This document shows positions 11,394 to 25,484 of a DNA stretch of 64,000 nt, one piece after another. The stretch covers positions 53,638,188-53,702,187 of the forward strand of contig NC_068985.1 in assembly GCF_001194135.2 (NCBI RefSeq), in the 5' to 3' direction. The stretch's first letter is position 1. Every line of letters starts with the position of its first letter. Source of the DNA: Octopus bimaculoides. Its lineage: Eukaryota. The notes under the pieces are model-generated. The model had not been told where the DNA came from, ran no database searches, and saw only the letters and a list, made by a program, of their open reading frames with translations. A program made the position numbers and the translations under genes.

Positions 11394-12287
11394 GTAAGTG
11401 GTGATATTTTTAGTAAAATAATACCGAGCTGAACTGATAGGAATAATAGTGTGCTGAATTAAATAAGAACTTAAACATTTGTGCATCTATGTTTATTTAT
11501 CTCACCAACTCCACTCTGATTACTATAAACCACACTTGTACAAAGCGAATAACTATGTAGGTCTTCTACAGCAAGATACCTGTTCTGGCTCATTCCTTTA
11601 ACAACCCCTTGTTTTCTAGCATAAAGTTGCTTCCTTCTCTATCATAGCCCTACTGAGTAGAAAGGGATCTTAGTCATGCAAGCTACAGAATAATCTTACT
11701 AGTGCTAATGCCACGAAAAAGCACTTGGTACATAAAGTGTTGGCATTAGGAAGGGCATCCAACCATAGAAACCATGCCAAAGCAGACATTAAAGCATAAC
11801 ACAGTCCTCCAACCCATTGGATGCTGTCAAAATATTCCAGAATGGAAGACAGATATTAAATGATGATGATAATGTCCTAGGTTTAAATCCATTCATGGTG
11901 CCTTGTAGTGGGACAACCCAAAACCATGTGAGTGGAAATCAAACTTCTCAACTACATTTCATATAAGAAAAAAACAACCAGAAGTCACTCAACAGCAAAA
12001 TCCAATACATACTGTTACACACACACACATACACACACATATCAATGGTCCACATTCTTCAGATAGTCAAGACTGTATCACTTACTTTCCATTTCCTTTC
12101 AGGATCAAGAAGTAGTTTGACATTGAACTGTTGTTCTTTTATCTCTTTACAAAATGTTTGCCTAATGCTATCCTGCAAAGTGCCTTTTAAATGTTTAGGA
12201 TTGGTCACAAGCACATACATTCCAGGTTATGGTCAAGAATAATGGAAACTGGCTATCTGCTAAACAAATTCCATATTAAACACTATA

Positions 12288-12509
12288 CAGTAATCCCTCG
12301 CCATATTGCAGTTCACCTATTGCAGCTTATTACTTAAACTTACATTGATTCCTCCATGGTGTTGTTTTGCATTTATAATAAAATGAATATGTACAAATTA
12401 TAAAAATAATTTTTAAAAAATACAGTACAGTACTGTTTCTACTTCACAGATATTCACCTACTGTGGGGGGTTTTGGAACATAATACCTGTGATAGTCAAG
12501 GGATTACTG
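12288..12509. mobile_element. Tigger/pogo-type MITE (222 bp)
   Basis: TA|CAGTAATCCCTCG...CAAGGGATTACTG|TA gives a 13-bp TIR with one mismatch and a TA TSD. It lies in H6PD intron 1. Confidence 0.75.
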
Positions 12510-14398
12510 TATACAATATTCTTTCACTGAAATTTATTCTTCCACTACTTTCTTCCTGCCCACATTTTCCCCTCTAATTACTCTCAATCTTCAACTATTT
12601 CTACTGAACCATTAACTACATAGAACCTGAACCTCCACAGTTATCTCTATCTTCCAGTTGTGGAAAATTCACAAATTTTACTGCTACTGAACCACCTATT
12701 CCCCACACTAACATGATATGCCATAACAACATATTACATGAAATACCAGTGACAATAGTATTTTCCTTATCACTCTTCCACTGCCAGCTCTATAATGTCT
12801 TTATACTAATAAAACTGTTTCAACACCCCTAAACGTCTGCTTTCCATGCTGGCATGAGTTAGACATTTTGACCGGAACTGGCAAGCCAGAGAGCTGCATC
12901 AGGTTTTAGTCTGATTTAGTTTGATTTCTACAGTTGGATGCCCTTCCTAATGCCAACTACTTCACAGTGTGCCAGGTGTTTTTAATGTAGCTTCAGCAAG
13001 AGCAATATTACACAGTGCTGGCACAAGTGCTTTTTACATGGCACAGGACTATTGCAGGCCACTCCTCTTCATCAAGGGAGGTGACCTCAACAGGACAGGT
13101 CTTCTGGAGTACACCAAGGTGCTAGATATCTAGGTCCTTTGTCATCTCCTCCAAAAAGTTCAGTGTCCTGAGGTCATATTTTGGTACTTTATGCTATGTC
13201 TTCCTTTCATAAAGTAAGGTGAGTTTGTGTGTGAATGAAGTTGAGGAACTTCATTCACAGCCTTTTAATACACACCTTATATTTCTTCAAAAAAGTCAGA
13301 ACTCAGAGCTCCCCACTTCCAAGCATACAAATTGATCTTATTTTATCAATTGTTTTTTTTTATATATATCTTATAAAATTTTATCAACTGTTTTAAAAAT
13401 TCCATTGACTATTAATCTTCTTTATTTTTTTGACAACACAGACTATCACAAGTTTTTATAAATATCTTGCTTTTTTTTCATCCCTTTTGCAATTTATAAT
13501 TTCAGCAGATTTAAAGTTTTACTCATGACCATTCATTTACACCCCTTTCTTTCTCTATACATACACATACCTTTCATCTTCTACCTATTTTAGTCATTTG
13601 ACTGCAGCCGTGCTGGGGCACCACCTTGAAGTGTTATAGTCAAGCAAATGAACTTCTGGACCTTTTTTTTTTTTTTGAGGCCTGATATTTATTCTATTCG
13701 TGACTTTTGTCTAGCAGCTAAGTTACTAGAATATAAACATATCAATACCAGTTGTCAAGCAGTGGTAGGGGAAAAACACACAGACATATATATATATACA
13801 TATANNNNNNNNNNNNNNNNNNNNNNNNNNNNNNNNNNNNNNNNNNNNNNNNNNNNNNNNNNNNNNNNNNNNNNNNNNNNNNNNNNNNNNNNNNNNNNNN
13901 NNNNNNNTATATATGGCAAACTTCTTTCAGTTTCCATCTGCCAAATCCACTCACAAGGCTTTGGTCAGCCTGAGGTTGTAGTAGAAGAATCTTGCCACAC
14001 AATGGAACTGAACCCAGAACCATGTGGTTGGGAAGCAAGCTTCTTATGACACAGCCACACCTGTATAATCTTCAAACCTACACAATAGACAGAAGTATGG
14101 CAAGTTTAACTATTTCTGGGTTGATTGAGAAAATGATGAATGACCTTAATCAATTTTCGACCTTTATGAGGTATCTCTATCATTTGACCAGTCCTTGAGA
14201 AACAAGCAGCCAATCCATTTATATGCACAACCATTCCTGTAGCTTCAGGGCACTGGGGCAATTAATTTGCCTACTATAAGAGTTCAACACTTTATTTAAT
14301 GTCAGTGCCCTATCACCTGGGATCCCAGTCCACACAGTATCAAGGTATGGATGTATATATGTATGCATGTATGTAATATATGTATGTATGTATTGTAG

Positions 14399-14490
14399 GA
14401 TTAAAAACCAAAATTGGTTGGAACCTCTATTGAACAGACATCATGTAGAAAGGGTGGAAATTGTCAGCAAAGAATACATTGGTGTCAAAG
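14399..14490 (+). CDS. H6PD: H6PD coding exon 2 (92 nt)
   Basis: Acceptor ttgtag|G and donor AAAG|GTAAGT. RIKNQNWLEPLLNRHHVERVEIVSKEYIGVKG matches human WNRHHVERVEIIMKETVDAEG. Phases 2 then 1 are consistent with the flanking exons. Confidence 0.92.
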
Positions 14491-17400
14491 GTAAGTCTTG
14501 GCAGATTACTATTTTATCTTGTGAGCTCTCTCCTATTGTGTTCTTCTAATTCTCTTCAACTTTCTTAAGGACTCGAGCATAGCTGTGTGGTTAAGAAATT
14601 AACTTTATAACCCATAGTTCCATGTTTGATTCATATTGCACTGTATTTATATTATAGCCACCGACTGACCAATATTTTGTGAACTGAATTTCATAGATAA
14701 GAATGGTATGAAAGCTCATCATCTATATAATGTGTCTGTTCATATATATATATATATATATAAGGTAAACTTTGCCACTCTATATTAGCAAAAGATGTAG
14801 ACATAAGTAAGAAAATTGGAAAAGCAATGTTCTTTCAATGAAGTTCTTTGTGATGTTTGTTCAACACTGAGTTACAGATACTCCTTTATCATTCTCACCA
14901 TCATACAGTGATGCAGTTATTGGTTTGTTGGAAACCTATAACTAAGGATGTTGTTGATCACCAAATAGGATATGAAGTAAGTAAAACAAACAAATAATAC
15001 TTATTTAAATAAGGCTATTAAAGTTATTCAGTTTTCTAAAAGAATCAGAATATATGGTATGGTTTCTTTTTGGTGTTTTTTTTTTTATCATTGAGGATGA
15101 ATACTTATATGCTGAGGGTACTGTTGTTATTTGTCTGAATGCTGGAGTTGATGTCTCATCAAATGATGAAGAAGCTCTTTAGGTATTTCAGCCCCTTCCA
15201 ATTCAACACCGAAGTTACCCAGGGCCACCCACCAATGTGGCCAATAAAACTCCCTCACAAAACCACAAGCTTTGTTGCAACTCTGGGCCAGATGTTTGTA
15301 TCATCCTAAACACTTAATCTTGCTGCATCACTCATCTTCTCTCAGCCAGATGTAATGGCTTGCTTTCTCAACAGCTTCAGACAGTTTTCTGGCATCTTTT
15401 CTCTCCTTTGCAGTTACACTGTGACTCCTGAGCATTAATAGACATCATCAGCATAGCAGTTATACATTTCTTGTGCTCTTATTGTTTATTGTTTCTCTGC
15501 ACCTGTCACATTTGGTTCCAATGATGCATGTAATAAGATGTGTGATGCCTGAATGCATGTACCAATTGAAATATATGAGTAAATAAAGTTAGTCAGCTCT
15601 GAAATGAGGAGAAATAGTAGGGTCTAGTTAGACCATATATGAAGTGTTGACCAGAAATAGTTGAGCTGAAGTCAGTTTAAAAAAAAAATTACTGGACATA
15701 AAAGATATTAATTAATGTTTACAGATGATGTTAATTGATGCTTACAGACGATACTAATTTAATAAGCCAAGAATCTCATGAAAATAGGTTCTTTTCTCTG
15801 TAACTCTGTCATTCTTCCTGTTGATCTCATTTCATTGCTATTCAGTCAATTTTGAAAACTTGATCTACAGTGAAAGAACAAGTCTCTATGCAGTTGCATT
15901 ACCTATTAGAAATAGCTGCCAAATCACCCTTAAACCTTCTTAAAATAGGTAGGACACAATATAATCCTAGATACACTACATCTGAGAAAAGACGATATGG
16001 GCAAGGCTGACACATCCTTGTTCACTGAGATTTGTGATTGAGTGTATTCCAACTGTAACTGTACTGGTCATGCTCTTACCCAACTCACCATGGTTCAACA
16101 ACTTGCTGTAAGAAAATGTGAGTTGTTTCCCCTTCATTTTCTTAGAATTGAATTTTTGATGCATGCATGTTCATAGACATGTGTTTGTATTTAGTGGTGG
16201 TGGCGTGGTCACCATTATCATCATCATCATCATCATCATTATTATTATTATTATTATTATTATCATTGCTATTGTTGCAAATTAATAGAACTGTTAGCAC
16301 ATCAGGCGAGATACTTTGCAGTATTTAATACAACTCTTTACATTTTGAGTTCAAATTCCACCAGGGCCAACTTTGCCTTTCAAACTTTCAGGATCAATAA
16401 AATGAAGTACTAGTTAATTACTGTGGTCAATATAACCAACATATCCCCCCCCCTCAAAACTGCAGCTATGTGCCAAAATTAGAAAGAATTATTTTTATTA
16501 TTGCTACCAAGGGTGACTTTGCCTTCCATGCTTTTGGGGTTAATAAAATAAGTACCTGTTGAGCATTTGGATCAATGTAATTAACTTATCCCTCTCCCAA
16601 AACTGCTGGGCTTGAGCCAAATTTTAAACCATTATTAAGGTGAGAATCATTAGCATACTGGACAAATACTTAATGACATTTCTTTCAGTGTCATAGTCTG
16701 AGCAAATATCACTGAGATTGACTTTGCCTTTCATCCTTTCAGGATCAATAAAATAAGTACCAGTTGAGCACTGGGGTCGATGTAATTGATGTACCCACTC
16801 TTCTGTAAAATTACTGGCCTTGTGCCAAAATTTGAAACCAGTATTATTGGGTGAGGGAGCAGTGCATGTCATCAAAGTGACACTGGAGTACAAATATATG
16901 AAGCCCAATATACCCCTATATGACTACCTATCTGAAAAGGATACACCAGGCACATACATCACATCATATGTGCAACATGGTGATCTTGTATCAAGATAAG
17001 CAATGCATGACTTTGCAGGTAGGGGACCCAACTAGAATTTTCTTCCAGTCGAGTAGCCCATCCTGCTCAAAAGGTCCCTGAATAAGGGTTGTTTAAGAAT
17101 GATGAGCAAAACAACCATGTTTCCAGGGGTGAGTTATTCAAACTCTAAAGAATACTTCTCAACACATGGCTATGATGTTACTCCACTATACCTGCCTGTG
17201 ATNNNNNNNNNNNNNNNNNNNNNNNNNNNNNNNNNNNNNNNNNNNNNNNNNNNNNNNNNNNNNNNNNNNNNNNNNNNNNNNNNNNNNNNNNNNNNNNNNN
17301 NNNNNNNNNNCCAAGACTAAGTATGTACATGATAACACTTCCAATCAATAAAGATCAGAAGCTATGAGAGCTAGTGCCTGGTACTGAATCAGGGCATTAT

Positions 17401-17973
17401 TATTATTATTATTATTATTATGAGGAATTAATTGTTCAGTTAATTAACCAAGCAATTCATTGACTTTATTTCATAGTGGCTTCTATTGATAACTATACTT
17501 TGTGATAACCTATGACAATACTGTATTAATTATTCCAGGAATAAGATTGCTTAATGTGTTTATTAATATTACTATTGTCATGCTTAGCAGTATTTCACCC
17601 ATTGCTACATTCTGAGTTCAAATTCTGCCATGGTCAAAATGTCCCTGAATAAAGTTTGCTTAAGAATGTTGAATGAAACACCTATGTTTCTAGAGGTGAA
17701 TTATTCAAACCCCAGAGAATTCCTCTCAACACATGGCTATGATGCTTCCCCTCTACTTCTGCTCGGAATCAGAGATGCACATATCATCAGCCACTAAGGG
17801 ACATGCTCAACTGGTCAAGGTCAAACAACTGACAAGCAAATCTGTGGTATTGAGCAGAATATTTGCGGTAGCCCATCTTTTATACCAAGACAAAATAAAA
17901 CATGTACATGATAACACTTCCAATCAGTAAAGATCAGAAGCTATGAGAGCTAGTGCCTGGTACTGAATCAGGG

Positions 17974-18017
<44 letters not shown>

Positions 18018-19189
18018 ATTGGTTACACTAAACTGTTTGGTAAAATATTNNNNNNNNNNNNNNNNNNNNNNNNNNNNNNNNNNNNNNNNNNNNNNNNNNN
18101 NNNNNNNNNNNNNNNNNNNNNNNNNNNNNNNNNNNNNNNNNNNNNNNNNNNNNNNNNNNNNNNNNNNNNNNNNNNNNNNNNNNNNNNNNNNNNNNNNNNN
18201 NNNNNNNNNNNNNNNNNNNNNNNNNNNNNNNNNNNNNNNNNNNNNNNNNNNNNNNNNNNNNNNNNNNNNNNNNNNNNNNNNNNNNNNNNNNNNNNNNNNN
18301 NNNNNNNNNNNNNNNNNNNNNNNNNNNNNNNNNNNNNNNNNNNNNNNNNNNNNNNNNNNNNNNNNNNNNNNNNNNNNNNNNNNNNNNNNNNNNNNNNNNN
18401 NNNNNNNNNNNNNNNNNNNNNNNNNNNNNNNNNNNNNNNNNNNNNNNNNNNNNNNNNNNNNNNNNNNNNNNNNNNNNNNNNNNNNNNNNNNNNNNNNNNN
18501 NNNNNNNNNNNNNNNNNNNNNNNNNNNNNNNNNNNNNNNNNNNNNNNNNNNNNNNNNNNNNNNNNNNNNNNNNNNNNNNNNNNNNNNNNNNNNNNNNNNN
18601 NNNNNNNNNNNNNNNNNNNNNNNNNNNNNNNNNNNNNNNNNNNNNNNNNNNNNNNNNNNNNNNNNNNNNNNNNNNNNNNNNNNNNNNNNNNNNNNNNNNN
18701 NNNNNNNNNNNNNNNNNNNNNNNNNNNNNNNNNNGAGAGAGAGAGATTAGATTAGATTCACTCATTGTGGCCTTTCTGGGGTACCATCTTGAAGAATTTT
18801 AGTTGAATGAATCGACCCCAGTACTTTTTAAGCCTGATACTTATCATTCTCTTTTGCTGAACCACTAAGTTACAGGGACATAAGACACCAACACGGGTTG
18901 TCAAGTGGTGTTGGTGGGATTAATACACACACACACACACACACATATGACAGGTTACTTTCAGTTTCCATCTCTCAAGTCTGCTAATAACGCTCTGCTT
19001 GGCCTGAAGTTACAGCAGAAGGCACTTGCCCCAGGTGCTGCACTCTGGAGCAGAACCATGTAGTTGCAAAGCGAGCTTTTTAACTACACAGCCATGAGTC
19101 CAAAATTAAGATTGTTTAATGTGTGGCTTGGCAATTTAGAGACAAATGAAAACTGACAAAATTTGCAATAAATAGTTATCCATGCTCAT

Positions 19190-19700
19190 CATCATTATCA
19201 GTTTGACTAAACTGGGGAGCTATACCAGGTTCCAGTCTGATTTAGCAGAGTTTCTATGGCTGGATGCCCTTCCTAATGCCAACCACTCCAAGAGTGTAGT
19301 GGTTGCTTTAAAATGTGCCACCGACATGGGTGTCAGTTACATAACACTGGCATCAGCCACAAGTATGATTTCACCTGGTTTGACAGGTCTTCTGGAGCAC
19401 GGTATATTGCCAAAGGTCTCGATAACTTGTCACTGCCTCCATGAACCCAACATTTGAAGGGTACTTTTTATGTGCCACCAGCACAGGTGTCAGTTACACG
19501 ACAATGGCATCAGCCATGACTACAATTTCACCTGGTTTGATGGGTCTTCTCAAGCACAGCATATTGCCCAACGCTTGAAGGGTGCCTTTTATGTGCCACC
19601 AACATAGGTGCCAGTTACACGATCCTGGCATCAGCCATGACTATGATTTCACTTGGCTTGACAGGTCTTCTCCATATGTAAAAAAACCCAATTTTTTAAA
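19190..19700 (-). mobile_element. RTE LINE 3' end with three tandemly repeated ORF-end/3'UTR units
   Basis: Three related units (TGCCACC..CA.GGTGTCAGTTACA...GGCATCAGCCA...ATTTCAC.TGG.TTGA..GGTCTTCT) are homologous to the repeated 3' UTR at 57650-58010. They lie in H6PD intron 2. Confidence 0.75.
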
Positions 19701-19852
19701 AATTTGCCAGGGTGAGGAGCATGCACCACATTTACTCCCAGCTGGGTACACCACATCAGTAAGTGGTAAGTATTTAGGGAAACAAAATAATTCTCATCAT
19801 ACATCACTATTTCTAAACTTGTATATATTTAATTTTATTTTATTTTTTTCAG

Positions 19853-21447
19853 GAAGAACGAAGTTTTACAATAACGTAGGTGTACTTCGTGATATGATGC
19901 AAAATCACCTCACAGAGTTACTTACACTTGTTTCAATGGAACTTCCTGCTGATGGAAATGTAGACAGCATTGATGAAATAAAAGAAAAGAAAATTGCTCT
20001 CCTTGAACAAGTACAACCAATGAAAGTCAAGTCTCTTCTTTTCGGTCAGTATAAAGACTATATGCAAGAAGCAGAGAAAGAAAGTATCAATAAATCTTCA
20101 TCAGCCAAGACACCAACATTTGCAGCTGCCTTGCTTCACATAGAATCTGCACGATGGAAGGATGTCCCATTTGTCCTTGTGGCTGGTAAACAAATGGATG
20201 AAAGGACCACTTATGTTAGAATTATTTTCAAAAATAATGTATTCAAAATTCCACCAACTACTGATAGTGAGAGGATTCAACAAATCATTTTTCATATCAA
20301 CTATGGTGTTATGAAAGAGCCCTGCATTATTGTACCATGGTCTCTTCACAAAGCTCTCTGGCCTAAGGATGTTGTACCTAAAATGTGGTCCCAGCCTCCT
20401 GCTTATGGTTCTGAGATGTCTACCTACCAAACTGGTGTTCCTGGTCAAACTACCGATGCTTATATACAAGTGGTTCAAGATATAGTAAACGGTAAACAAG
20501 CTCACTTTGTTGGAACCCGTCAATTAATGAGTATGTGGGATATTTGGCAAACTAGTCTTAATGTATTGGCAAAACGTCCCAAACTTTACACACGAAACAA
20601 TACTTTGGATTTTACAATTATCAATAAACAATTAGCATTCGTTGAGAGTGAACATTCACAGCAAGAATATGTGAAGCCAACTTCAGACAAACCAGTATTT
20701 GCTCAATTACCAAAACACTTTCTTGGTGGAAACCTCTATGTGAACTCAACTGGTGCATTGGCCATGCAATTAACTTCATCTATTATTGAAATCTCAATGA
20801 AATTGATTAAAGAGAAGAAGCCATTCCACATTGGATTTTCTGGTGGTAAAACACCAGCTTTGCTTTTCCGTAAATTAAGAGAAATTTACCCCCTCCACTT
20901 GTGGGTTAACACTCACATCTGGTTGGTTGATGAGCGATGTCAGCCTTTAAACAGTCACAGATCTAATTTCAATTTATTGTTTACTGAACTTCTACAACAT
21001 ATTAACATTCCCTATGTCAACCTTCACCCAATGCCAGTATCAATAGCTGGCTCTCTCTGCACTGATAAAGATGAAGGGGATATTCTTTATGAGAGACAGC
21101 TATCTAATGCTGTAATCAATGGGCTGGACTATGTTGTACTTGGGCTGGGAAAAGATGGTCATGTAGCTTCTTTATTTCCACATGATAAATCCTTAACCTT
21201 AACAACCCCAAGGAAAGTGATTCTGACTAATGCCGCCAACAGAGGGGATAAACGAATGTCACTTACTGTTGACTTTCTTAATATGTCTAAAAATATTGCT
21301 CTTTTTGTAACTGGTAAAGAAAAACATAAAATCTTAAACAGCATTAGTTCAGAAAGTGACAGACTTAAATATCCTGTTCAAAATATTCAGCCAAATGCTG
21401 GACATCTTACTTGGTTTGTAGATTCAGCTGCATGGCTTGGAGTGTGA
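19853..21447 (+). CDS. H6PD: H6PD coding exon 3 (G6PD C-terminal domain plus 6-phosphogluconolactonase domain)
   Basis: Acceptor ttttttcag|GA, phase 1. It carries GRTKFYNNVGVLRDMMQNHLTELL, RWKDVPFVLVAGK, FSGGKTP, HIWLVDERC, LDYVVLGLGKDGHVASLFP and RMSLT. The spliced CDS is 668+92+1595 = 2355 nt = 784 aa plus stop. Confidence 0.95.
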
Positions 21448-21465
21448 TCAGATGAGAGCAGGAAA

Positions 21466-21471
21466 AATAAA
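21466..21471 (+). terminator. Candidate H6PD polyadenylation signal
   Basis: AATAAA about 19 nt after the H6PD stop codon. It is uncertain in AT-rich DNA. Confidence 0.3.
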
Positions 21472-21592
21472 GTTCTTTTTGTTTCAATTAATTAATAAGC
21501 AATACTGTAGGAACTTATTCGATTTAATTGTTCCCAATGGCATATACATATATATATAAATACACACACCCAACTATACATACATATATATG

Positions 21593-21623
<31 letters not shown>

Positions 21624-22269
21624 ATGTGCATACAAATGTCTGTCATCACTTAGAAGCACAGCATTCACATTCCAAATTTTAAAGGCATCTAACTACAACC
21701 ACGAATTATATTGGACTATTTATTGTTATTTTGCTCTCTATACATCTAGTCCCAATGTTCTTTATATACTCTACAAAAAGTATTTAGAATTTTGGATTGC
21801 ACACTACTATAGAATACAACAGATGATTATAACATTTCAATTTATTCAGGACGCAGTTTCATTTTTCTAGTTTAATTAGTTTAGTGATAGTAAATCAGTC
21901 ATCTAATTATTGTCTTAGCTACTACACTGAAATTAGTTCACATTTTAGTAAGACTCCACTGTGGGTGATATAATGAAATATATAGTGTTGCACACCTCAT
22001 CATTCACTTGCCTCTTAAATTTTCCTTCCACCAAAGCAACCCATTTGGGTAACTTTGTTCACATTTATTTAGCCATGTAAAACACACACACATGCAAGGT
22101 GGAGAAAATAGTAATCAAGTACCAAAAATGAAGTAAAACAGTGTTTTATCGAAGCTGAAAAGACTTCACAAAATGTGACTCAGAGTTTCACAAAACCGAT
22201 CATCAGAAAGTCATGAGTATTTAGGGCAATGGTATGGTTTGTATGTATTTAATAAATTACTCTCTCTCT

Positions 22270-22317
<48 letters not shown>

Positions 22318-23015
22318 TTCCTCTCTCCCTATATATATATATATATATATATATAGTATTCCTCTCTCTGTCTCTCTCTCTCTTTAAAACAAGTACTGAT
22401 ATATTAGTTAATAGAGTGGATATATTATTTTATATAATGTTATAAATTTTGTTTCATTGCAGCCAATTCATGTTACTGAATTCGTGTTACTAACATGAGT
22501 TGACTAAATTTGTAATATTGTATAGATAACACTTGCACACACATGTGTGTGTGTACTTTCACACAATTGACTTATTTCTGCCAACATGTTTTTAAGGTGC
22601 TAACTAACATAGATGTTTCAATTAAACATTTATTAAATGGTTTCTGCTCAGTTTTGTTCTGAACTCATCCACATTAATCTATAATTAAGATAGTCTCTAA
22701 GGAGTCCAGTTGACAGAGTGTGTTTATGTATTAGTGGAGTTAAAAAAGATACACACACTGTTTCTAGTTGTAATCTATAATATTTTATTTTTTATTTTTA
22801 TCAATTATAATTGTTTGTAAGAGTAGTGGGTTGGTAGAATTGTTAGAGCATTGGACAAAATACCTTCTGGTATTCAGTTATGGATCTTTACATTTCCTGT
22901 TCAAATCCAACCAAGGTTAACTTGCCCTTCATTCTTCCAAGGTCAATAAAATAATGCACCAACTAGAAATAGCAGTGAGCTCTATCCCTTCAAAACTGCA
23001 GATTAGAAACAATAA

Positions 23016-25039
23016 CACTGGTTTACAAAAATTTTTTTTTTGCTCTGAAGCAAGGATGTGAATAGTTGTTTTTTACTAATTTTTGATATGCTGAATTCAA
23101 TTTTCTGAACAATTTTGCTCTATCACCTCTAGGGTTTTTGCTTTTACATATCCCATTTTAATTATAAATGGTATAAATTCAAAATATAGGGTTTATTTCA
23201 TCTGTTACAAGGCATATTACAGAAGGAAAAAAAAACAGCATAGATACAGAACACTGATGGAACTAAATTACTTGGATAATAGAATATACACAAATCATAG
23301 TACAGCAGACAGAAGTGAGTTTTTTGGGATGATCTTGTGTACTTTGCCTCTGGGATGTCACTCAAGAGCATCTGGCAAAAGTTCCCCATCATGCTAGAGT
23401 TCCACTTGTCTTTGTAATTGCTCTCCATCTTAGTAATATCTTGGTGGAACCTTTCTCCATGTTTATCACTCACTGCTCCAAGCTTTGGAGGGAAGAAGTT
23501 GAGGTGAGAGTGGAGAAAGTGAATATTGAGTGACATTCAGCTTCCCATATTCTCATAAAACTGTAACAACTTCTCGATACAATTTTGGTAATCTAGTACC
23601 CATGTGTTACCAAGAGAGCCATGGCAGACTGATTTAAATGCTTCCCATGCTCTCAGTTCCTTTAAGGTAAGAAGCTCCTCAAAGTCCTTATCCTTCAGCA
23701 CCTCTCAGATCTGAAGTCTGATAAAGATGCTCTCCTTGAGCTTAGTAGAACTCAGAGCTGGGAACAGAGTGCACAAGTGTTGGAAGGCAGCACCATTTTT
23801 GTCCATGGCCTTCTCAAAATTCTTCATTAAACCAAGTTTGATATGAAGAGGAAGAAAAAGCACCTTGTGCATGTCCACCAGAGGATTTTCTTGGACACTA
23901 TTCATAAGGCATGAAAGTGCTCCTAGATCCCCAGAGACAGAGAAAGCAACAGTACTCTGTGAAGCCAGCTTGCATACCTATAAGGAGTTCAATGACCTTG
24001 AGGTCCCAACAGAGACTCTACTGGTAATGGTTGTACATGACAGCTTCTAAAAGGAGCTCCATATTGTCTTACGACTCCTTCAGATGGGCTGAGTAGGCAA
24101 TGGGAATGCTGTGGTATTTATTCCCAATTGTGCAGGAGCACAGATTCAGACTTCGCTTGGAAGAGTCTATGAAAAAACACTAGTCTGAGGGATTGTGTGG
24201 AAAACCAAGGAAGGTGAACAAGCCAGAGACAGTTGTGCAGTAGAACAACCTGTTTTCCATGTTGAAGAATGAAGCAAAGTCTTGGTTCCATGTCCTGAAA
24301 CTGGTGATCCTTACGTCAGCCTTCACCAGGTTCCACTGCTTAAGCTCGGATGCCAGGAGCTCTGACTGCTGCTTAGATAGATACAAATCACGGGGAAGAT
24401 CATTCAGATCTTCCTGCGTGATCCAGTGGGGCTCAATGCCACTTGCTCCTGAATAAACAGAGATATTGTCTTCAGAAGAGATCAACTTGGCAGAATCTCC
24501 CCCTGAAGGCATTTCTTCATCTGATAAAGGAAGAAGATCCTTATTTGCTGGGAGTGTAGGGAAAGGGAAATCATCTGCGTGGGGAACAGGTGTCATAGCT
24601 GAAGGAAGGTTGGGATATTTGATCTTTTTTCTAGAAGAAGCATTATAAACTTGTTATATTTGTTAGACAAAAATAACAATCATCTGCATGGCTTTGTGGC
24701 TCTCTCCAGACCATCAGGACAGCAAAGTTGAAGGCTGTGCAACTGTCATGAAATCTCCATACATGTAGCAGAATGAATTTGACTTGTTGATGCATCCTCA
24801 GTGTTTTGAAGTGCCTGAAGCCATTGTAGAGATATGTATCAATAAGTATCACAAAAATCTAGAAAACAAAATAAAAATTGGTCATATATATGGTCATGTG
24901 AATTGTTGAAACATCATAATTTATATCTTAAAAACTAGAGGTGATGAGTGAAAACTGATTTTGTATCTGAAATCAGCACCCTAAAATCAGGCTAGAACAA
25001 CTATTTTTATGTTTGCTTCAATTTCTCTGTAAACCAGTG
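23016..25039 (-). mobile_element. Chapaev3-type (CMC superfamily) DNA transposon with pseudogenised transposase
   Basis: TAA|CACTGGTTTACA...TGTAAACCAGTG|TAA gives a 3-bp TWA TSD and CAC..GTG ends, with imperfect TIR extensions (TGAAGCAA, AATAGTTGTT, TGCTGA.TTCA). Minus-strand ORF pieces read VWREPQSHADDCYFC, TPVPHADDFPFP, LPLHIKLGLMKNF and FFPPKLGAVSDKHGERFHQDI. Confidence 0.85.
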
Positions 25040-25450
25040 TAATTACAGCTGTCTCTATTTTTTTTTTTCTTTTTACAGGCAGGTCTGTGCCATTTCATTT
25101 TAAAATTTGATAGTCTTTCTTTTTCCTCTTTCTTCAAAAGCATCATCTTTTCTTTGTAGTGTTTATTATTCTGATAGCATTGGAGTGGTAGATTGGCAGG
25201 ATTGTTGAGGCTTCAGACGAGTTGTCCTGAAGTGTTTCTTCCAGCTCTAAATGCTCTGAATTTCAAATCCCTCCAAGGTCAACTTTGCCTCTCATCCTTC
25301 TAAGGTCAGTAAAATAAAGTTCTAGTCAAGTACTTGAGTTTATGTAGTCTACCAACCCTCTTCTCACAAACTACTAGCCTTGTGCCTAAATCGGAAATCA
25401 TTATTTTTTACAGTATTATCATATACATTGAGGTCTTTTACACCTGCCTT

Positions 25451-25484
<34 letters not shown>

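Noticed and set aside
17313-18010. Duplicated ~100-bp block at ~17313 and ~17887, and a similar duplicate at ~38985 and ~39225
   Set aside because: They are adjacent to N gaps and consist of SINE tail or microsatellite-flanked sequence, so they are most likely assembly redundancy or tandem repeat copies.
18019-18765. Long ORFs containing X runs (also 13648-14049, 45893-46314, 47384-48109, 52840-53266 and others)
   Set aside because: They are artefacts of N gaps and (TA)n/(CA)n microsatellites.
19582-19852. N-terminal ~90 aa of the 621-aa ORF
   Set aside because: It is intronic RTE 3'UTR repeat and polypyrimidine tract that happens to be in frame. H6PD homology starts at the acceptor at 19852/19853.
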